Source: Podarcis cretensis (lineage: Eukaryota). Taken from it: a DNA stretch of 64,000 nucleotides. The notes under the pieces are model-generated. The model was not told where the DNA came from and did not search any database. It saw nothing but the letters and a program-made list of their open reading frames with translations. The stretch's first letter is position 1. Every line of letters begins with the position of its first letter. This document shows, in pieces, positions 1-13,699 of this stretch. The DNA lies in contig OX638165.1 of assembly GCA_951804945.1 (NCBI GenBank), positions 11,594,001 to 11,658,000 of the forward strand, given 5' to 3'. Position numbers and translations under genes: made by a program.

Positions 1-8
1 TACTTGCA

Positions 9-247
9 ACAAAATAAAAGAAAAAAAATTCCTTCCAGTAGCACCTTAAAGACCAACTAAGTTAGTTCTAGGTATGAGCTTTCGTGTGCATGCACACTTC
101 TTCAGATACACTGAAACAGAAGTCACCAGACCCTTCTATATAGTGAGAAGGTGGGGAGGGGTATTACTCAGAAGGGTGGTGGGAATGGGTGATTGGCAGA
201 TAGCTGTGATGAGCCTGTTGACGACTCTTAACGACTGCAATAGGTCT
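9..247 (-). mobile_element. Penelope-like retroelement (PLE) terminal fragment, apparently inserted into a Sauria SINE
   Basis: Resembles reptile PLE ends (ccagtagcaccttaaagaccaactaag...cttcttcagatacactgaa). Contains a hammerhead motif. tacttgca is duplicated at 1-8 and 248-255. Confidence 0.7.
72..109 (-). ncRNA. Minimal type I hammerhead ribozyme motif (PLE-associated)
   Basis: Reverse complement reads GUAU-CUGAAGA-A-GUGUG(CAUG)CACAC-GAA-AGCU-C-AUAC: CUGANGA and GAAA core, stem I GUAU/AUAC, stem II GUGUG/CACAC, palindromic AGCU helix III. Confidence 0.75.
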
Positions 248-400
248 TACTTGCAGTTTGACGTGCTTTCGGACTGCTAGGTTGGCAGGAGCAGGGACCG
301 AGCAATGGGAGCTCACCCCGTTGCGGGGATTCGAACCGCCGACCTTCTGATCGGCAAGTCTTAGGCTCTGTGGTTTAACCCTCAGGGCCACCCACATCCC
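248..400 (-). mobile_element. Sauria SINE, 5' (tRNA-derived) half
   Basis: Clear similarity to the full copies at 32092 and 41531 (ctgctaggttggcagg...gattcgaaccgccgacc...atcggcaag). Confidence 0.85.
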
Positions 401-1201
401 TTTCAGGCTTAGGGTAATGACCGGCAATTTACATTGGTGTGGTCCCTCTGAGGTAAATGGAAATATATGAATGTTAAGTGTTTTGAGTTGGGCCCTTCAG
501 AATTCACATGATTTGTGAATTAAGATCTTACTCTAGTGGTAACTAAAAGTGGGTTTAATGCAGGTTAGCCACCCCTGATCCAGCAATACATATACCATAA
601 AATATATACACAACTGTTGTCAAAATTCTGTGTTTATGTGACTTTAATAAGTTTTTGTTACTAATTTTTTTTTATATCCCTTGAATCCTGTTTTCATCCT
701 ATCATTTTGTGTCTCATTTGCCTTGGATCTCTTCTGAATTCTTTGCTGTGGATAGACTTTCTGGATAACAATTAATTCAACTGAGGCCAGTGGCTTTTCT
801 GATATTGTATCTAATCTTCAAAATGAACAATTAATCCTCAACAATGCTTTCTGGTGACTCAGTTTTTATTTGACCTCTGTTCAGGGAACATTAGTGTTTG
901 AAGTTAAACATAGGCATGGATAGGCCTGACATTGTAAATGGGATCTATTAATTGTTTTCATTTTAGATGAAAAGAAAAGAGCTCTTGTGCCACTCTCAGA
1001 CTTTGAGCAGTTTTTAGCCTACACGTAATTAACCTAACTACAGACATCTTGGGAAAGCAATGGCTTTTTGCTGGAAAATTCGTTAATGGATGCTCTCTCC
1101 ACCAACTAATAGTAGGCTATGTTTACAGGAACGTTTGCACTGCAGTAGCATTAATAGACACAAAGCAAAACCTTCATGTTAAATATCAAAATGCTCTAGA
1201 A

Positions 1202-1410
1202 CAGCCACGTCCAACTCCCAAGAGGTAGCGATCTACTCACAGTATATAAAAAAGGCAGTGAACTATCCATTGTCATTGGAGGATGGACCAGAGTTGTTAC
1301 TGAGCTTTTTTTAGGAAGTCAGAGCTGTTGAGCTTTTTGGGGGGTGAATATCACTAAGGGCCCAAAGATCGACCAGGAGTACCCCACGATCAACCTGTTG
1401 GACATGCCTG
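1202..1410. mobile_element. hAT-like MITE, degraded
   Basis: Terminal inverted repeats cagccacgtccaac / gttggacatgcctg; no clear TSD. Confidence 0.55.
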
Positions 1411-4400
1411 CTTAGGCCCAAAAGTGTTTCTTGCCGTGCATGTTTTAATCCCACATGGGAGATCAAGTTCTGAGGTGGAGCCATCTAGCAGTAAGAATTG
1501 CTTAGTTACGTGGATATAACAGGCAGTGATGGCGCATGTCCTGGGGCGCCATCTGCGGGGGCTGGGCTCCCAGCACGGGGGGGGGGGGCAGCCGCGATGG
1601 CAGCCTGCCAGGATCGCACTGCCAAGGGCAGTGCACTCCCCGCACACTCCTCTTCCTCCACCAGTGATAACAGGGTTTCTCAGAAGTTCTACCCCCCACC
1701 ACTGAAATGGTGGAACAGAGGCAGAACCACTCACAAAATGGTAGCACAGGGCAGCAGTCATATCACAGAACTATAAAGCAAAATACAACGACACTATTAA
1801 CAGAGGCGGACCTTGAGGTCTCAAATTTCAGCAGTGCCCTGTGTGACACCAGAATTCAGCACCCTTGCCTCTCACCTTCCATTTTTTATCATAGTTGTGG
1901 CAATCCATGTGCTGTCCCTGAGGCACATGCACTGTGTGGCTGAACCACTCACACTACCCTAAATCCACCTCTGCTGTTATGATGCAGCATTGTGGGATGT
2001 AAAATGGCACCCCATGTCACTACTTCTGCTTCTTTTAGCCCTGCAGGTTTGGTGACCTTGGGTCAGTGCTTGTGAGGATAAAATAGAGGACCTCCCTAAA
2101 AACTTTACCTCCCTTGAGGTAAATGACACCCCATCTCTATTTCATGCCCTCCTCTACTTCATGCCCATTGTCCGTCCCTACAAAAACTGAAGAAACAAGT
2201 ACTTTACTGATCTTTCTCTTTCTCTTACAACTTTCGGAAACCTTTGTTATAATTTAGTACCATTGCCAATAAAAAATTGTCTTTGGGAGAATTACCACTA
2301 GACAGTTATTCATCTCCATTCTAAATTGTGGAAGGCAAAATTAATGCACAGGTAATAAGAGCCATTGTGCATCCTTTTTTCTGATATGTTGGAAAGACTT
2401 CTAGAGAGGTTTCTTCACTTTGTAGCTTCACATTCATAACTGCAGTATTGAATGCAAATATAATACATGAACTGAAATAGTCTCCTGTTTTATCCGAAAA
2501 AAGTAAATATGTGATCTGTGTTAGGCAAAACAAATATTTGGGCAAGGAAGGGTATAATTATTTTTCAGCAGGTTAAGTATTTGTTATAAAAGAATTTGGA
2601 TATTGATAAAGATACCTTGTCTGTCAAACACGGATAGACATTGTGAGTTAAAATTTCTAAACCTTGAGATTTAAATTTCTGGGGAGGAATCAATCAGGAC
2701 TTCATATTCCCCTTGCAAGCCCTACAAATTGGCTCCAGTGCATTCATCAACCCCCTGGAGCATTTTTTTGAGGGCACATGGAGAACCTGAAGGGAGGAGA
2801 GGAAGGTGAATTTCTGTTGCATGGGTGGAAATTTGTTCCTCTCACACATGGACTAGCATTGCATGCTACCACTGAAATAATCAATGCCTTCTATATTAAC
2901 AAGTCTTATTTTGGGGTTTGCTAAATTATAAATTTCTCAAAGCAAGTTGAACTTACAGTTTAGCCTAGGTATTTAAAAATGCTATGCAGGATGAATGCAA
3001 ATATGAAGAGGAGCTGGTAATGAATTTGAATAGATTTGATCCAGTTTAAGTTGAAAAGCTATTTAAACTAGAACTATAGCCTAAACATTTTTTTAAAAGG
3101 CTGCTCTTTCTGAATCTAAGGTCATTTATCAGTGAAGATTAAGGTGCACAGTCTTAAATCTCATGTTATAATTTATTTTTAAAGCATGCTTAGATTACAA
3201 TACAAAAATGGTTTGTGTGTTTAAAAACATAATGGAAGTTTTTCAGAGCTAGAAAAATAGTTCACATTTCTATGGTTCACTCAAGTGCTTCTTGTTGTTT
3301 CCCTGAAAGCCTATATTAGGAAGAAGCAACGTAGGAATAAAGTAAAGATGGCTCAAGGTCAAAGAATACTTATTTTCACCCAGAAGTTAAAAACAAATAT
3401 TAATATTCCACAATTAAATAAGATAAAAAGCTCAAGTAACTTTAGTGGTTTTTAAGGCTCTTCAGAAATGTGAAAGGAAAGAATTTAAAGATATTGGATA
3501 ATAAGGCAGCATGAGTTCACCAGACCCGTCATGTCTGAATACTCTGTATATTAAGATAAGTTATCTTCTCAAAATAACTGGCTTTCTGGGCATCACCAGT
3601 TTAGACTTTTTGACATGGTCAGCTATACTTCAATTACCATGTGTAGTTTCTGGAATATTAGCAAATGTTGTGATTAGGATCACATTGTGCTTATTCTGAC
3701 ATTTTCTGTTAATATGAACAAAAGAAGACTCAAATAACATCATGTTGACATAGCACCGATAGGGCCAAAAACGACAGGGATTTGTTTTGGCTGGCAAAAT
3801 ACTCCCAAATGACTTTAAGCTGCTCTGGCAGAAATACCTGGTCAGAACTACTTAGCCCAGTGACACCACAAAAACATAATAATGAAATGGATGTTGTGGA
3901 AGGAAAATGATAATTAACAGCAGTTGATTTGAAGGTTTGCATTTCCAAAATTCCTCTTTGGTTGTGTAGAGTGAAAATAGATTGCTGTAATAGGGTTATT
4001 TAAATTGTAACCCTAGCTTGCCAGACTTCCCCCATTCCATTTTTGAAGAGGCAGATACTGAAAATGAAACTGTTCTGCTTTATGTTGATTGCTGCTCTTG
4101 CATATATTTGAGATTCTTTAGGAGTACACCCACCATGCGCATTTCTAGGGAAAATTGTTGCTCGATTTCAGCTGATTCTATTCATCACCATAGCACAAAG
4201 AGCTTTACAGCTATTTTATTATTTGTATTTATAGTCCACCCTTCATCAAATGGTTCCAATTCCAAGACATTACAAAAAACCTAATTAAAATAAGTACAAT
4301 GTTTAGTTAATATATCGAGAGTAGCAGATATTGCTGTGCATTGCCATGCACTACTGTTCTGTGTTGCTGTTTTGTTGTTCTCATGTTGGTGGCTTAGTTG

Positions 4401-4746
4401 ATTGTGTTTTATAATTATATCTCTGAATCTGGACTTTTTGCCTTCATACAAAGCAAGAGTTCACTGTTAATCCTTCCTGTGGGTAGTTTCAACATGAAGG
4501 CTATGACAGTGCTGCAACAGTTTGCCTCTGGTGTGGTATTGGCTTTCATCATTGAAAGTGCATTTGTATCCACTTGTTGCTTCCCAAAACAAACATATCC
4601 CATGGAGTTAATATGAGTAAGTGGGATGCACTTGATTTTGGGAATTTTTAGCTATTTTTTAATCATATATGGCTGGGTTTACTACCCCTTTTGGTCCATG
4701 GGCACATTTACAAGCTGGAGAAACTTTGATGTACATCACACATGTA

Positions 4747-4972
4747 CAGTGGTACCTCGGGTTAAGAACTTAATTCATTCTGGGGGTCTGTTCTTAACCT
4801 GAAACCGTTCTTAACCTGAGGTACCACTTTAGCTAATGGAGCCTCCCGCTGCCACCATGCTGCCAGAGCACGATTTCTGTTCTCATCCTGAAGTAAAGTT
4901 CTTAACCCAAGGTACTATTTCTGGGTTAGCAGAGTCTGTAACCTGAAGCGTCTGTAACCCGAGGTACCATTG
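4747..4972. mobile_element. Tc1/mariner (pogo/Tigger-like) MITE
   Basis: TIRs cagtggtacctcgggtta / taacccgaggtaccattg; TA on both sides. Confidence 0.85.
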
Positions 4973-7900
4973 TAATGTAACCAAGCTCCCATCACAATCT
5001 ATTGTGTTGGGTTCAACAGAATGCTGCTTTCAATGTACTAATTTCAGTGGGAGGAGGGGCAGAAGAGGTAATCCTGTGGGTACTATTGAAGACCTCTGTA
5101 AGCACAAATGCACCTTCAGGTGCTATGTTGCCGACCCCTGATGCAGAGACAAGAAGTGTGCAGTTGTTCAAAGTGCAATGGAGATGGTAATTTCCTACCC
5201 TTTTGATTAAACTTGCCTTTCAAACCAGGAGGACTGAATTGTAGATTTTTTGTAAAGCATTCCAGTGGAGTTTGGGATTTTGCTCTTAGTTAACCAGTGT
5301 TACAGAACTAGATTGTATCATGACATCAAGCACAATTTAATCTGTTACAGCGTTCTCATATTGCTTGAAGAGACACTAAAGCAGAAATGACTTTGCTATA
5401 ATTTTAAAACACTGTACCTTTTTCCTTATTGGGGAAGCCCAGAATTCCTGCAGGGCTTTGCGTATATAATTTTGCATGGAGAGTCCTTTCCCTATTTTTA
5501 AAGATAAGAAAGCTGCTTCAAACATACATTTCTGCCATGAGACCAGTATAAAACTGGAAAATACCACACTTAAATATAGCTATGCAGTTATTAAAATTAA
5601 AAATGAGGGTGCTGGTAGACAAACAACCTCTGCTCAAGTACATGTATGATAATTTAGACATTGCGTTGCATTGTCTATTGGATTTTTTGCAACATTTGCT
5701 GCTGTTTAGCTCTTATAGCGACTCTGCTGCATCTGCAGTCCACTGTGCTTGTTATAACAGCTTATTTTCATCCACTAGAACCCTTTGGGTTGGGAGGGAT
5801 CATCTGTGACTCATCTATCTTGTGCATTGGGGCAGAATTGATTTAATTATGCTTAAATATCACTGATAGATGGGTGTCGAGAGAGAGCGCTCTGCTTTGG
5901 ATCTCTGCAGAGCTGTTATCTGGAAGTGCCCTTGGCAATTTGTCCCACTGCCTGGCATCAAATATTTTTGTCACGTTCGAGATGTTATTATTATTGTGGT
6001 ATTTCAGATGAAGGACTCCAGTCATGCAAGCTTGTTTATAACCTATCAGATAATGTCCTTTATTTGATTTAGGGCAGTGGATCACAGGCTTCTTCCAAAC
6101 TGCAGAGCCCAACTGACTTCATTTGGATCTAGTCCATGCATAGGTGTCTACAGGATAAGTTTTTAATGAAGTACAATAAAAATTAGTAATTCAGAAACCT
6201 GATTTTCTGTACTAAACTGGCTAAATTAGATGAGTTCTCTTTAAAAGTACATGTGAAAAGGATCTAGGAGTATACAAAGGGGTTGTAGGGCCATGCCTTT
6301 TGCCCTGACTCCCATTTTAACATGCAGCTTCTTCTGACTTCCCAGGGCAAGTATATGTAGTGGGAAGTCAGCTGTACTTGTGTACAGCTCCCCACATTGT
6401 TTGGAACCTTTATCATGCAGAGCTTGAAGCAGGCTTCCCACTTCAGATATTTGACCTAAACACACTAGAAACCAAAAGAGCAATGTAGCAATAATGGTGA
6501 GGCTAGAAGTGTGGTGAGAAATAACCAAATTAGAACAAGGAACAGTTTCCAACTTGCTATCCTGGCAGGCATGAAAACAGTATTGAGCTCATCCACTTCT
6601 TGGCCAAGCAGAACCTCCTGAGTGCTGTTCTACCTAACATTTCCTGTTACAATTTCTTGGCTGTCATATTTCATGATTCCACCTTGCAAATTTTCTTGTT
6701 TGTATAATGGTGAGGCCATGCACTATTGAAGAACTATCTGGCAATGAATAAATGATGCAGCAGCTCTCCAGCCAACCTTAATGTACTACTTATGAAACTG
6801 CAATTACTAAAACATTTTATGAAGTTTATTACTAGATGGCAAGAATGACTCTGCAGAAATGGGCTCCTGAGATTTTAGGCATGTGGAAAAACCCTAGCTT
6901 TCAAAATTGCTTTATTTTGTCTTTTAAAAAATGATCTGTGGTTTGGTGAGCACTGCTCTAAATTAATTTTTTCCTAGTGGTTATTTTTTATCCTTGCTGT
7001 TTGCCAATGATCCTAAAAACATGCCTCAACTCACCCTGGATGATGAAATGGTAAGGAACCATTAGCTATTTTTGAGGTAGTCTACAAGAAACAGCATGAA
7101 CAATACTACCTGAGTTTACTTACAGAGCTTTGCTGTCTTTCTGTGCATCATAAGCTGAGTCAACACAACATATGTTGTGTTGATTCTGTAAATCCACAAA
7201 CACAATAGGCTGATGGGTGAAATGGTATGGTGTGATGGATCATTTACGGTACTGCTTAAGCTGCACGTATATGGTCAAAGAAGTTTCTCCAACAATGCAA
7301 TGATTACTACTTTGTGTGTGTGTTTCCCCAGTAGGGTCATGAGATAAGAATTTCAAAAAATGATCATGCAGCATCTGTTCTTGGGAGTGCTGTGAAACCT
7401 GGCCTCAAAGCTGTGAGGGTATTGAAATAAAGCATATATTTTACTTTCTGTGAGAATGTGGTAGGTTTGTAAAAAAAATTCCTTAGTTCCCCAATGACAA
7501 GTAGGAATCTTCTGCAGTTAACCACGCAAGTAAACATTTTTCAAAGGTTAGCTCTTGCCTTTACGCCATAAATAAAAAGCATAAGCATGTGTGGGCAAGT
7601 ATTTTTTGTTATACAGTAATGGTATGATTGAAGATCCTGCCTAGAGTAGGAGATCCCCTAGGCAAGGGATGGTGGCATGGAGTAGAGCAAGGATTGAAAT
7701 GCATTGGTTTCCTCCAGATTAAAATATTAAACTGATCTGGGAAATCATAGGGACCAATGGAGATTGTTAGGCTAAACCTAGGCAGTAATGTGTTGGTTCA
7801 GGATTCAGTGGTGAAGCATTGACTGTGCTCAAGAGATTCCTTAAGATATGTTGTGTAACTGAAAGTAGCTGCTTGACTACAGGAAACAAAATTAGTACAA

Positions 7901-9372
7901 AAATAATTATGTATGCATAAACTTTCTCTGTCGCACTACGTCTTACCTAGAAGTAGACCCCAAACTATCGCTAACATGAGATTAATTCTCACTGTGATGA
8001 CCACAGTATAAAGATTTGACACAGGTGACATGTATTAGATAGCTCATTTTTCCTGAAGTGGAAGGATTTGCTTATTAAATGTCCCTCTGGGCCTTCCCAG
8101 TGAACATAGTACAGATCTTTAAGTGCAGAGTGCTTCACTGTTCTTGGTTAGCTTATATATTTTGTGCAGCTATAGTGAAGGAGTGAACTCTTGAGGTTGC
8201 TGAAGTCATAGGCCATTCAGTTGCTTCCTGGTAGTCAGCATATGAGGTGTGTAGTAATCATGCAGAAACTGCTAATGCTTAATCATGCATTTTATCATTG
8301 GCCTTTTGCTATTGGTGTGTGAAGTGGTGTACAAAAGAGTCAAAGCAGCATTTTCCTCAAGAGCTTCACAAGAGGATGGTTGATCGGCAGGTCTGAAACT
8401 TAATCAAGCAAATGGGGACCTTGGGAATACGGCTTGAACAGCTGAAAATGGGAGCTTCCATGTCCCAGATGAAGTATCTGCATTTCTACAATGGGTAAAC
8501 TCTCTCTGTGTGGTTTGGACTTGGTTGAATGTCACTTTCTAAACCTCTAGTAAGAGATGAAGAGAGGCTTTTGTTCTGGTGTGTCCATGCCTCTCCCTGG
8601 GTAAAAAGTAATTTTTATACAGCTATCTACAGAAATAGATAACGGGATAGAAAGGAGCATGAATTTCTACCTGGAATGGAGGTGAGAACAGGGCAGGTGT
8701 GCATATGAAGTGTATTGTTCTTTATACTGGGTACAAAAAGGACTGACCAGGCTCTGTGCCTTTTAGGTGTAAAAGCTGGTGGGGTATACATGCCAAACTA
8801 CTAAATCACTGTCATTCAAGCTGCTATAACATGGTTGTTTTAACTTCTGTAGGCAGCTGCTGAGACCAAGACTCTTGAATTTCCTTCTAAAATGATTCAG
8901 TTCTCTTCCCACCTTTGATACATACCCACACTTAATATTTCTTCAAATAAGAACTAGTATGAAAAGGGTTCTGTGTTCATTGTTAAGACATTGGTTTCAA
9001 TTGTCATAATTTTTGTGCTGGTGTGTATTTGATTCTGGCTTTCTTCCATTTACCCTCAACACTTAAAAAGAGCTACTGTTGGCTGAGTGAAATGTGATTT
9101 GTTTTCTAAAATGGCCACATGCTATTTCGATGCTAATGGAATCCTGCTGACTTGTATCAGTTCTAATTATTAAGAGCAGGTTACTTGACTCTGTACAGAT
9201 CCTGTGCAGAGGGAGAATAATGAAGTGTTTATGTAAACAAGAAACAGGTGGTAGCTTAAATTCAGTTGCTTAAACTCCCCTGCATCGATGTAATGCCACA
9301 TCTGAGAGACTGCCTTGGCTCCAGTTGTGTGTATATTTTTGTGATGATCCTATTTTATCTTTGCAGGTCAGG

Positions 9373-9404
<32 letters not shown>

Positions 9405-9527
9405 TTGGCCCAAGGTCACCCTGTGAGCTTAGTAGTGGTTGAGCACAAATTTGAACCCAGTTTCTAGTGCACTGACCACTAGCATGCTGTTAGGAGAGCC
9501 AAAGCAGGACTTGTTCAAGCAGCATAT

Positions 9528-9997
9528 ACGTATTTTTCCGTGTATAAGACACTCCCTATTTTTGGGGACTAAATTTAAAGAAAATGAGGGGAGATGCCCC
9601 AAAGTTGTTGAGCTTTTTTAGGCGGAATTGCATTCATGCCATCACCGCTGTTGCTGGGGGTTGGCAAAGTGGGCAGCCGCTCCCCCCCAGCCACTGCAGG
9701 CACCAGCTGGCTGGCTGCGTGCAACTTCCACTCCACACCGCTGCGGGAAACGCTCCCTAGAGCACACATCTCCTGCAGCGACATGGGGGAGAGTTGTGCG
9801 CCCGCAAACCAGCTGGCTGGCGGGTGCACAGCTTCCCTCCCACATCACTGTGGGAAACGCTCTCCTGCAGCGGCATGTGGGGAGTTGCATGCCTGCCAAC
9901 CAGCTGGCTGCCAACCAGCTCCCCCCTCCCCTCACGCCACTATCAGTGTATTGGATGACCCCAGTTTTTTGACATGATTTTTGAGTCAAAAAACCTT
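9528..9997. mobile_element. Degraded Tc1/mariner-type MITE (cgtattttt-type end) with a GC-rich interior
   Basis: Left end resembles the TIR of the 18050 element; internal repeats of ccagctggctgg; explains the ORF cluster at 9575-9989. Confidence 0.55.
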
Positions 9998-11243
9998 GCT
10001 AACTGGGCTCTCACCTACAGAGCCACAGTCTGTATGTGCCTTCCCCTACAGCATGTGATGAAGAAACCAGCTGCCCATCTAGTATAATTCTTGAGGTTTA
10101 GAGACATATCTGGGACTCCTGTGTTCTCTCCTTTTGGTACATTGCAGTTTAGATAGTAAGAGTTCGTTCTTGGGAGCAGAGTGGCTAATGTGTGGTTTTG
10201 AAAGTTCCCTACTTTGGGGCAAAGGTGAGCTAGATCTTGAGGACTGTTATAGATACTTTATGTGGATCTGGAACAATATTTTATTAAGAGACAGGTTGAT
10301 GGCAACTTAAGTCTAACAGCGTGTGACTTAAGCCAGTATACAATGTTAAAATTGTTTTTTGGATACTACAAGGGGGAAGGCCTGTGAGGCACTGAGATAA
10401 TTTAAATATGAGAATTGTGAACTAACTTAAACAATAGTTACTATTAATCTTTAATTTGTGGCAGCTTAACTCCTGTTGGTGTTTTCTACACCCACATTAA
10501 TAGATCTAAGGATCAATGAAGATGACTTCAGGATCTTTCACATGTATAGTACAAAGAGTGAGAGTCTCAAACCAGTCACCACTACTGACTATTTGTAAAT
10601 GGGGTGGTGGTGGGAAATCTGCACTTTCAGAAAAGCAGAGTATTCTGAACTTCTCCTCTGCCTGCTCTATTTTCCATGGTTGTCAGCAGTCAAAAGATAT
10701 TGAGACACAGGGTTTTCTTCTGATGCAGAAACGTGCAAGTCTGAACAGACCTTCTGCTCAGTATCCTGATCTGTGAATTGCCCTGTTGCCGACTCAGGAC
10801 ATGTTTTGGCTTGGCTTAGTGTGGCTAATTGGCTTTGTCATAGCTTGGAATGCAAGGGAAGAGAAGTCCTTGAAATGACCTTGTTGGCAGCTGTTTAATG
10901 TGGAAGTTGTGTTTGACTTTGGAAATGTTGGTTTAGAACATGAGAAAGTAAGTTGTCTGTTGCCTCATTGTGAACTGGGAATTAAAATGTCATGCCTAGT
11001 GTGACAGAGTAGTACTAATGGAGTGGGGAGGAACCAGGAGGAGAAAACAGAGCAACATAACTTAATTTTGTATGATAGTTGAATATTTAAAATACCAAAG
11101 TAACTCTTTTTGAAGGAGGTAGCAAAAATCACATAGAATATACCATACATAAATTTCCCAGTTTTTGATCTCCTGATTAATATTGGAGCAGAGGGGAGCC
11201 GGGAGAGAAGTTGAATGCATCATGGTGAATGCACTGTATAGGC

Positions 11244-11488
11244 CAGGAGTAGGCAACCTAAGACCCCGGGGCCGGATGCAGCCCAATCACCCTCTCAATC
11301 CGGCTCTTGGACGGTCCAGGAATCCGCGTGTTTTTACATAAGTAGAATGTGTCCTTTTATTTAAAATGCATCTCTGGGCTATTTGTGGGGGCATAGGAAT
11401 TCATCCCCCCCCCCAATATAGTCCGGTCCCCGACAAGGTCTGAGGGAGGGTGGACCGGCCCACAGCTGAAAAAGGTTCCTGGTTCCTG
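11244..11488. mobile_element. hAT MITE (same family as 50196-50450)
   Basis: cagg...cctg ends; 8-bp TSD gtataggc/gtatagcc; internal sequence shared with the 50196 copy. Confidence 0.8.
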
Positions 11489-12000
11489 GTATAGCCATAC
11501 AAAGCAAAGCTTTTGAAGAAAGGCTGTTCAGTGGCCTCTGACTTGTTTCTTTAAGCCTGCTGTGTTAGCCATCACCTTCTTGTAAGAATTAAATCCAACT
11601 ATTTCAAAAGGACAAATGAATGCCCAGTTGTGTGTTACAACTCTTCATGTTGTTAGGGACATTTCAGAGTTTGTTTTGTGATGGTGGTTTGTGTTATCCC
11701 TGAGCATAGATGAAAAGTGGAACTTGTGTTTGATGCTTAGTATCTCATTGCTTTCCAGTATTGTGTCCTAATTTACTGATGCTTTTGTTCTGCTCTATAG
11801 AGTAATCCTAGGTCAGGGTGAGCAATATTTGGAACACCTAGTGGAAAGATGGTGCAAAATTTTTGCTAAAGGATAGGAATAAAAAATTAAGTAAAGATCC
11901 TAAATTGAATATTGCACTGCTTGATGTATGTTCTGCAAACAAACTTATTTGAAATTGAGGATAACATTCTCAAGAGCTTCATTATAGAAGAGATCTTGAG

Positions 12001-12036
12001 TGCTACTCAACACTGCTACTCAACACTGCTACTCAA
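12001..12036. repeat. Tandem repeat (tgctactcaacac), about 3 units
   Basis: tgctactcaacac tgctactcaacac tgctactcaa. Confidence 0.85.
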
Positions 12037-13699
12037 AAGTGGCAAGATGTTTTTTTGTCCCATATGATTTAAAGTAAAATTTAAAGTACAATACTTCAAG
12101 GGAGATGGAATTCAGTTTGCTCTCCTTATGGTTTGAGAAAGAGCAATGTAGTTAACTGGGATGAATATTCATAGCACAAGACGGTGTGTTGATGATGTGT
12201 CTTTTGTCTACATTTACGGGCAACAGGGCATGACTTGAATAATTTAATATTATTTAACATAAAATCTGTCACTTTTATCCCTCAAGCCATGTCCTGTTGC
12301 ACTTCCTCTCAAGTAATATTCAAGGAAGAACCCTCCCCATTGAACTTGATACTGTACTTGTTTTTACGAAGTTTTATGAAGAAAGTGATTTTGTTGCATT
12401 CTTTCAGCACTGGCATTGCTAATGGCACTCAGGATATTTCTCTGCATGGGAATGCAAATTATGGAATTGATTTTAATAGTGGAGTTAAGCACATGCACAA
12501 CTCTCTCTGCTTTTGATTTACATAAAAATGACATTGGAAGGGCTTCAATTTAGCTACACAGGCCTATTGCAGGCATCATGTTCACAATCTAGGAGTTTGC
12601 AACTTTTTTCCTTTCCCCTTCTTTATAATTAATGTAAATTGTAAACTCCTTGGGATGGGGAATTGTATTTTGCTTATATTTTCTTAAAGAGCTTTTTACA
12701 GTGTTGGCACTAGATAAATTTATAATTTTGTACTATTAGAAAAAAAATCTCAACTCAGCATTAGATTGTTGGCAGCCTTGTGTATGTTTTAGCTTTGTTT
12801 GAAATGCTCTGTGAAAGATAGGAGTATTCTGGTTATCATAAAGTGGCTTAGAAACATAGCTGCAAGCAAGATGTCTGGAGGAAGTGGTTACAATTATTGC
12901 ATAATTGGTTGCATTACTCTACAAATATTAGTTGTAGAAATCAATAATGCTTAGATGTGTAAATAGCATGTATAGCTAGATGACAAACTTGAGTATAATG
13001 ACTTTTAAATGCTTGTAATGTGTGTATTTTTAAAATTGCCCCCCAAAATACCCTATGGTTTTAAATTATGGGAGAGACCTTTCATGTTTGAAAGCTCAGA
13101 AGAAGTAATATGGCCCAAACACATGGAAATGGACATACTCTTGACCTAGATTTTGCCATGGAACAGGCTGGTGTGAATCCATTGATGGATTGGGGGAGGG
13201 GGGCTTCTAGTAAGCCAATTGTCATGGATGGATCATTCTCTGATAAGACTTAGGCTGACAGTGGCACACTGTAACAGCTGGGGGACCCATTGACTTGGTC
13301 TGCCTAGACTTAATGGAATACAAAGGCTTTCTGAATGCTCTGGGAGATTTTCCAGTTGACATGACTGACACTTGGTTGAGGTTCTGGTTTCTCTTTAGAA
13401 TGGTGACAAGAGAAAAGTAAAATACACAAACAGGAAGGTGGACAACTGGAGTACAAGTGGCATAAATCATGATGTGAATTTGCCTGGACACAGATGACAG
13501 CACATTATTGGTGGCAGTGGCACCAATATAATTTTCTGTTACCATTACAACTTCTAGTATCTGTTCAACAGTGTCTTTTTGAGTGATCAGTGGGTTTGTA
13601 ACATCTGGATAGAAAAAAGCAATGATGTGGCAACCATTGGAGCCTACTGTGACATATTTGCAAGACGCTAGAAGCATACAATTGCTCAGATTCACATGG

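Noticed and set aside
9439-9989. Clusters of overlapping ORFs in GC-rich patches (also 1390-1776, 18064-18517, 21794-22300, 31447-31870, 41489-42085)
   Set aside because: They mostly coincide with MITEs or SINEs, where GC richness lowers stop frequency. No recognisable protein.
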